Origin: an uncultured Bacteroidota bacterium
Lineage (GTDB): Bacteria > Bacteroidota > Ignavibacteria > UBA10030 > UBA6906
Assembly: GCA_963700635.1 (NCBI GenBank)
Contig: CAVOYH010000005.1
Coordinates: 32,001-96,000 of the forward strand
Length of the DNA: 64,000 nucleotides
Direction: 5' to 3'
Part shown: positions 60,306 to 64,000 of the stretch, piece by piece
Layout: the number at the start of each line of letters is the position of its first letter
Numbering within the stretch: position 1 is the first letter of the stretch
Made by a program: the position numbers and the translations under genes
Notes under the pieces: model-generated
The model's database searches: none
Seen by the model: the letters and a program-made list of their open reading frames with translations, nothing else
Told to the model about the DNA's origin: nothing

Positions 60306-60487
60306 TTCCGCGATCCTGTGGTGAGCACAATCCCGATCAGCGCGCCATAGGCAGTGCTGATGTACGGGTTTGCAGTGATCGGGCATGCACCCCCCGCGCA
60401 CCCGATAAAGTAATAATACGCAAATCCGCCCGCGCTTCCAAGAGCCAGTGCGGCCGATCGTTTAACCCAGATGTTCCATCCTCTCAT
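60302..60487 (-). CDS. DUF6132-like small membrane protein
   Basis: GGFAYYYFIGCAGGACPITANP. Confidence 0.8.
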   Translation of the reverse strand: MRGWNIWVKRSAALALGSAGGFAYYYFIGCAGGACPITANPYISTAYGALIGIVLTTGSRK

Positions 60488-60535
60488 GACCTGACTCCTC
60501 TTAGCGCGGTACGTGGAAATGCCGGATATACCCGG

Positions 60536-60745
60536 CTATTTTGATTCCTTTGCGCGCGTGGAGAACTTCAGGGGGATGTACGCCGGGCAGACGCTCACGG
60601 CACTTGTAAGAAGGAGCCCCGCAGCCACAATGCCGAGGAGAAGAGCCAGAGTACCTTCCACCTGTCCGGTAAGGATAAGCACGGCAAAAACGAGGGCGAC
60701 GAGTGTTCTGATGAATCGGTCGGTTGAACCCATATTCTTTATCAT
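60536..60745 (-). CDS. DUF2892 (YgaP-like) membrane protein
   Basis: KNMGSTDRFIR...CPAY..L..ST. Confidence 0.88.
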   Translation of the reverse strand: MIKNMGSTDRFIRTLVALVFAVLILTGQVEGTLALLLGIVAAGLLLTSAVSVCPAYIPLKFSTRAKESK

Positions 60746-60815
60746 GATGATGTTCCTTAGGTTGAAAAATGGATACTCTGTATACGGATACGATGCATGC
60801 CGACCCCAGAAAGGG

Positions 60816-61091
60816 TCAGCGTTTCTTGATCGTGCGCCTTCTCCGCGTACTTGGCGGAGACGCGGGGGCAGTGAGCGTTGAAATGGTCTTGAATAATTCC
60901 CTGTGCGTTCCCGCCGGGACAGACGGTTCGGGGATCGCCCGATACAGGGTGATCGTCCTCTTCAGCGAATGGAGATACGCCCTGCATGAGGGGCAAGCAT
61001 CCAGATGCTGTTTGATCTGCCGGCATCGGGGTGACCCGATGTCTTCATCCAGATGATCGCAGATATGGAGGTACACCTTGTCGCAATTCAT
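60816..61091 (-). CDS. Zinc-finger (zf-HC2) anti-sigma factor
   Basis: HLDACPSC (HxxxCxxC), overlapping the ECF sigma stop. Confidence 0.88.
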   Translation of the reverse strand: MNCDKVYLHICDHLDEDIGSPRCRQIKQHLDACPSCRAYLHSLKRTITLYRAIPEPSVPAGTHRELFKTISTLTAPASPPSTRRRRTIKKR

Positions 61092-61711
61092 GTCATAAGT
61101 TCCGGATGAGCGCTGATATAGGGGTGCAACTGATCGCGAAGAAAGGCGCGCGCGCGGCGGAGACGAGATTTTGTCGCCTCAATCGACAAGCCAAGCACGC
61201 CCGAGGTCTCCTCGTTTGACCGGCCTTCGATGTCGCGCATCACAAATACCACCCGGTAATCTTCCGGCAATTTGCCGATCGCCGTTTCAAGGATTTCACG
61301 AAGTTCCTTGCTCATGACGACCTCTGCCGGCGTTCCCTCGGTGCTGGCCAGAGACGGACGCGGGTTCTGTGTGTGCGACGGATGCGCATGGTCATACGCC
61401 TCAAGAGATTCTTCCAGCTCATCGCTTTTTCTTTTTCTGCGCTTCATCAGGCAGTTGTTGGTTACGATGGCATAAAGCCACGTGCTGAACTTGGCCTTAC
61501 CATCAAAGGAGTCTAATTTCCGGAACACATTGATAAAGGTGTCCTGGAGCGTCTCTGAGGCTTTCTGACGGTCTCTGCAGATTTTGAACGCGAACCTGTA
61601 GACAGTTTCCTCATAACGCCGGACCAGCTCGGTGAAGGCCTGATTGTCACCGGTTCTGGCCTGGGCGATCAGGGCGTCATCCGGCAAAAGCCTCGGAATG
61701 CGTTGATTCAA
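61088..61711 (-). CDS. ECF sigma-70 factor
   Basis: LQDTF, KFSTWLY, KSRLRRAR. Confidence 0.93.
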   Translation of the reverse strand: MNQRIPRLLPDDALIAQARTGDNQAFTELVRRYEETVYRFAFKICRDRQKASETLQDTFINVFRKLDSFDGKAKFSTWLYAIVTNNCLMKRRKRKSDELEESLEAYDHAHPSHTQNPRPSLASTEGTPAEVVMSKELREILETAIGKLPEDYRVVFVMRDIEGRSNEETSGVLGLSIEATKSRLRRARAFLRDQLHPYISAHPELMT

Positions 61712-61866
61712 TGGTGAGATGCTCTTTCCCAGGGAGAAGTGTCAGGTATTGCTTGCCATAACGTAGTAAAACCCGAGCGGACCCGCAAGTTTGAAGTTTG
61801 TTCCTGCAATCCGTATCTTAAAATCGGGATTGTTCTCATAAATAGGGTCATTGGAGCGAGGACCTG

Positions 61867-63433
61867 ATGAAGGACATGATGGGCGCTGCACTCCTGGGTG
61901 AGCTGATCGCACAGCTTTCCCGGAGCACTGCTCTCCGGCGGGCTTTTAGTGAAGTGCCTCCGGGGGATGCCGAGACCGTCGTCTCCCGTATTGTCCGCGA
62001 GGTTGAACACCTTGCCGGATCCCGGCTGCCGGAGCATTCAGTTCAGCCGGCCCCCGCACCCCAGACCAGGCAACCCGAGCCAGTTCCGCAGCCGCTTTCG
62101 CCTCCCGGAGACCAGACCGTTGGAGCCAAAGCCGCAACCCGTTTCCGCACCCCAGGCCAGGCAACCCGAGCCAGTTCCGCAGCCGTTGTCTCCACCGGCG
62201 GCCAGACCGTTAGAACCAAAGCCGCAACCCGTTTCCGCACCCCAGGCCAGGCAACCCGAGCCAGTTCCGCAGCCGTTGTCTCCACCGGCGGCCAGTCCGT
62301 TAGAGCCAAAGCCGCAACCCGTTTCCGCGCCCCAGGCCAGGCAACCCGAGCCGGTTCCGCAGCCGTTGTCTCCACCGGCGGCCAGACCGTTAGAACCAAA
62401 GCCGCAACCCGTTTCCGCGCCCCAGGCCAGGCAACCCGAGCCAGTTCCGCAGCCGTTGTCTCCACCGGCGGCCAGACCGTTAGAACCAAAGCCGCAACCC
62501 GTTTCCGCACCCCAGGCCAGGCAACCCGAGCCGGTTCCGCAGCCGTTGTCTCCACCGGCGGCCAGACCGTTAGAGCCAAAGCCGCAACCCGTTTCCGCAC
62601 CCCAGCCCCGGTACGCCCCTTTCTCGTTTGAGGAGGAACGCGCGCACGTGCTGGCAGCCTCTCTTATCCCCCTGCATGAATCCCCGTATTCAACTCCGAT
62701 CGCTCTCGGGGGATCCGGATTTGACGAGGGGACGCAGCTCTTCGCCATCGATCATGCGGGAATGCGTTTTTACATGAGCGCGCTCAAGAACCAGGATTCA
62801 AGCGTGAGCAAAGCAGGCATGTTGCTTCTGAACAAACAGGACGCTTTGCGGCATCGCGGACGGCATGAGCGCATGATCAATACTCTCCGCCTGCGCAGTT
62901 TGATCCTCCCGGCCGAATCGGGAACCATCGTGCGCGGCAAGGATGACCTCGTGCGCCGGATAGACTTCCGTCTGAACGCACTGCTCGAAATCTTGCTCGG
63001 GTTGACCAGGAATACAACATGGCGGATGCAGGTTGGCGTACTGGACAGCCGGATCCAGCACGTGTATCCATCCGATACAGCTCCGGTGCGGCCGGATCGG
63101 CAGAATGCCGAACGGGGGCGCGGATCCACGGGTCAGAAACGAACAGACACCAAGACCCTCGACAGGTTGTTAACGCGTGAAAAAAAATTGGCTGAAACAA
63201 TCCTCCACTCGATTTCCACCGCAGCGGAAAGCCACGAAGTAGAATACCTGATAGGACTTGCCGGAGGTTCTTCCGATAGCTGGAAAGTGATTCTCAAAGC
63301 GGTGTTTCATGTGCCGCTGGCGCGTTACCCGCACTTTATGAAAGCAGTTGTAGAGTGTCAGGAACTGCACGCCATGGTTGAACCCATGCTCCAGCTTGCC
63401 GGCGGTACGGAGAGTTTTTCTTTGTCCATGTAA
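61867..63433 (+). CDS. Pro/Gln-rich repeat protein with C-terminal GvpL/GvpF-like domain; +1 frameshift at about 62104-62106
   Basis: N-terminus from ORF 61867 joins ORF 61949..63433 after removing one C, as shown by comparison with the other repeat copies. C-terminal HERMI...ILP...GTI and ILKAVFHV resemble GvpL/F. Confidence 0.65.
62054..62605 (+). repeat. About six tandem copies of a 90-bp coding repeat
   Basis: Unit gcaacccgagccagttccgc...cccaggccag at 62161, 62251, 62341, 62431 and 62521, plus a degenerate first copy; encodes QPEPVPQPLSPPAARPLEPKPQPVSAPQAR. Confidence 0.95.
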
Positions 63434-63466
63434 TCGTGTATCCTCTATCATATCCAGGAGAGTCCC

Positions 63467-64000
63467 ATGCCCGACACCAAACTGTCCGGTGAAGTGTTTT
63501 TTCCCTCCGATGAAGTGCTCCGCAATGTCCATGTCCGTGATTGGGAGAAGATGTCAGCGGAGGCGGATGGTGATCTCGAGGGATTCTGGTCCAAAGAGGC
63601 GAAGGAGCTCCACTGGTTTGAACCGTGGGACAAAGTCCTGGACGACTCCAACAAGCCATTCTACAAGTGGTTTACCAACGGGAAGACCAACATCGTGTAC
63701 AACTGTCTGGACCGCCACACCCAGACAGCCCGGCGGAACAAACTTGCGCTGATGTGGGAAGGAGAGAAGGGTGAATTCCGCTCCTTTTCCTATTTCGCTC
63801 TCCGGCGCGAAACATGCCGCTTTGCCAACGTGCTGCGCAGCCTGGGCGTGAAAAAGGGAGACCGTGTGACACTGTACATGGGGCGCATCCCCGAGCTCAT
63901 GATCGGGATGCTCGCCTGTGCCAGAATCGGGGCAATCCACTCTGTTGTGTACGGAGGGTTCACGGTTGAAGCTCTGCACGAACGGCTCGAGGACAGTCAA
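63467..64000 (+). CDS. acs: Acetyl-CoA synthetase, 5' part (runs off the window)
   Basis: Manual translation MPDTK...WFEPWDKVLD...KWFTNGKTNIVYNCLDRH...ACARIGAIHSVVYGGF; AGGAG RBS. Confidence 0.92.
   Translation, partial: MPDTKLSGEVFFPSDEVLRNVHVRDWEKMSAEADGDLEGFWSKEAKELHWFEPWDKVLDDSNKPFYKWFTNGKTNIVYNCLDRHTQTARRNKLALMWEGEKGEFRSFSYFALRRETCRFANVLRSLGVKKGDRVTLYMGRIPELMIGMLACARIGAIHSVVYGGFTVEALHERLEDSQ

Noticed and set aside
62054-62605. Possible CRISPR array
   Set aside because: Head-to-tail 90-bp units with no unique spacers, in frame within a CDS, and no cas genes nearby.

Overview
Moderately GC-rich bacterial chromosome segment. A type IX secretion C-terminal domain together with canonical TTGACA/TATAAT-type promoters suggests an Ignavibacteria/Chlorobi-like member of the wider Bacteroidota group (inference). 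Contents in order: a two-component/PP2C module, mgtE, a GH3 enzyme, and an OrpR-like sigma54 redox module (NifX-like, DUF5320, peroxiredoxin, radical SAM). Next is an ECF sigma/anti-sigma/Spy trio, directly followed by an uncharacterised six-gene operon: PqqD/RRE, ATP-grasp, a PLP decarboxylase with a lasso-leader-like N-terminus, a urea-transporter-M23 fusion, a TPR protein and a beta-barrel protein. After a CPA2 antiporter comes a 3.5-kb integrase-less islet at the 3' end of a tRNA-Asn(GUU) gene; that tRNA is split within the anticodon (35/36) by a 332-nt group I intron carrying an HNH-endonuclease remnant. The rest holds two large CAZyme fusions, two hybrid kinases, a complete attenuated trpEGDCFBA operon, transporters, a second ECF module, an orphan GvpL/F-like protein with 90-bp tandem repeats, and the start of acs. 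Several genes have single-base indels, mostly in short homopolymers, probably assembly errors. The best candidates for new biology are the RRE/ATP-grasp/decarboxylase/UT-M23 operon and the intron-split tRNA-Asn locus.
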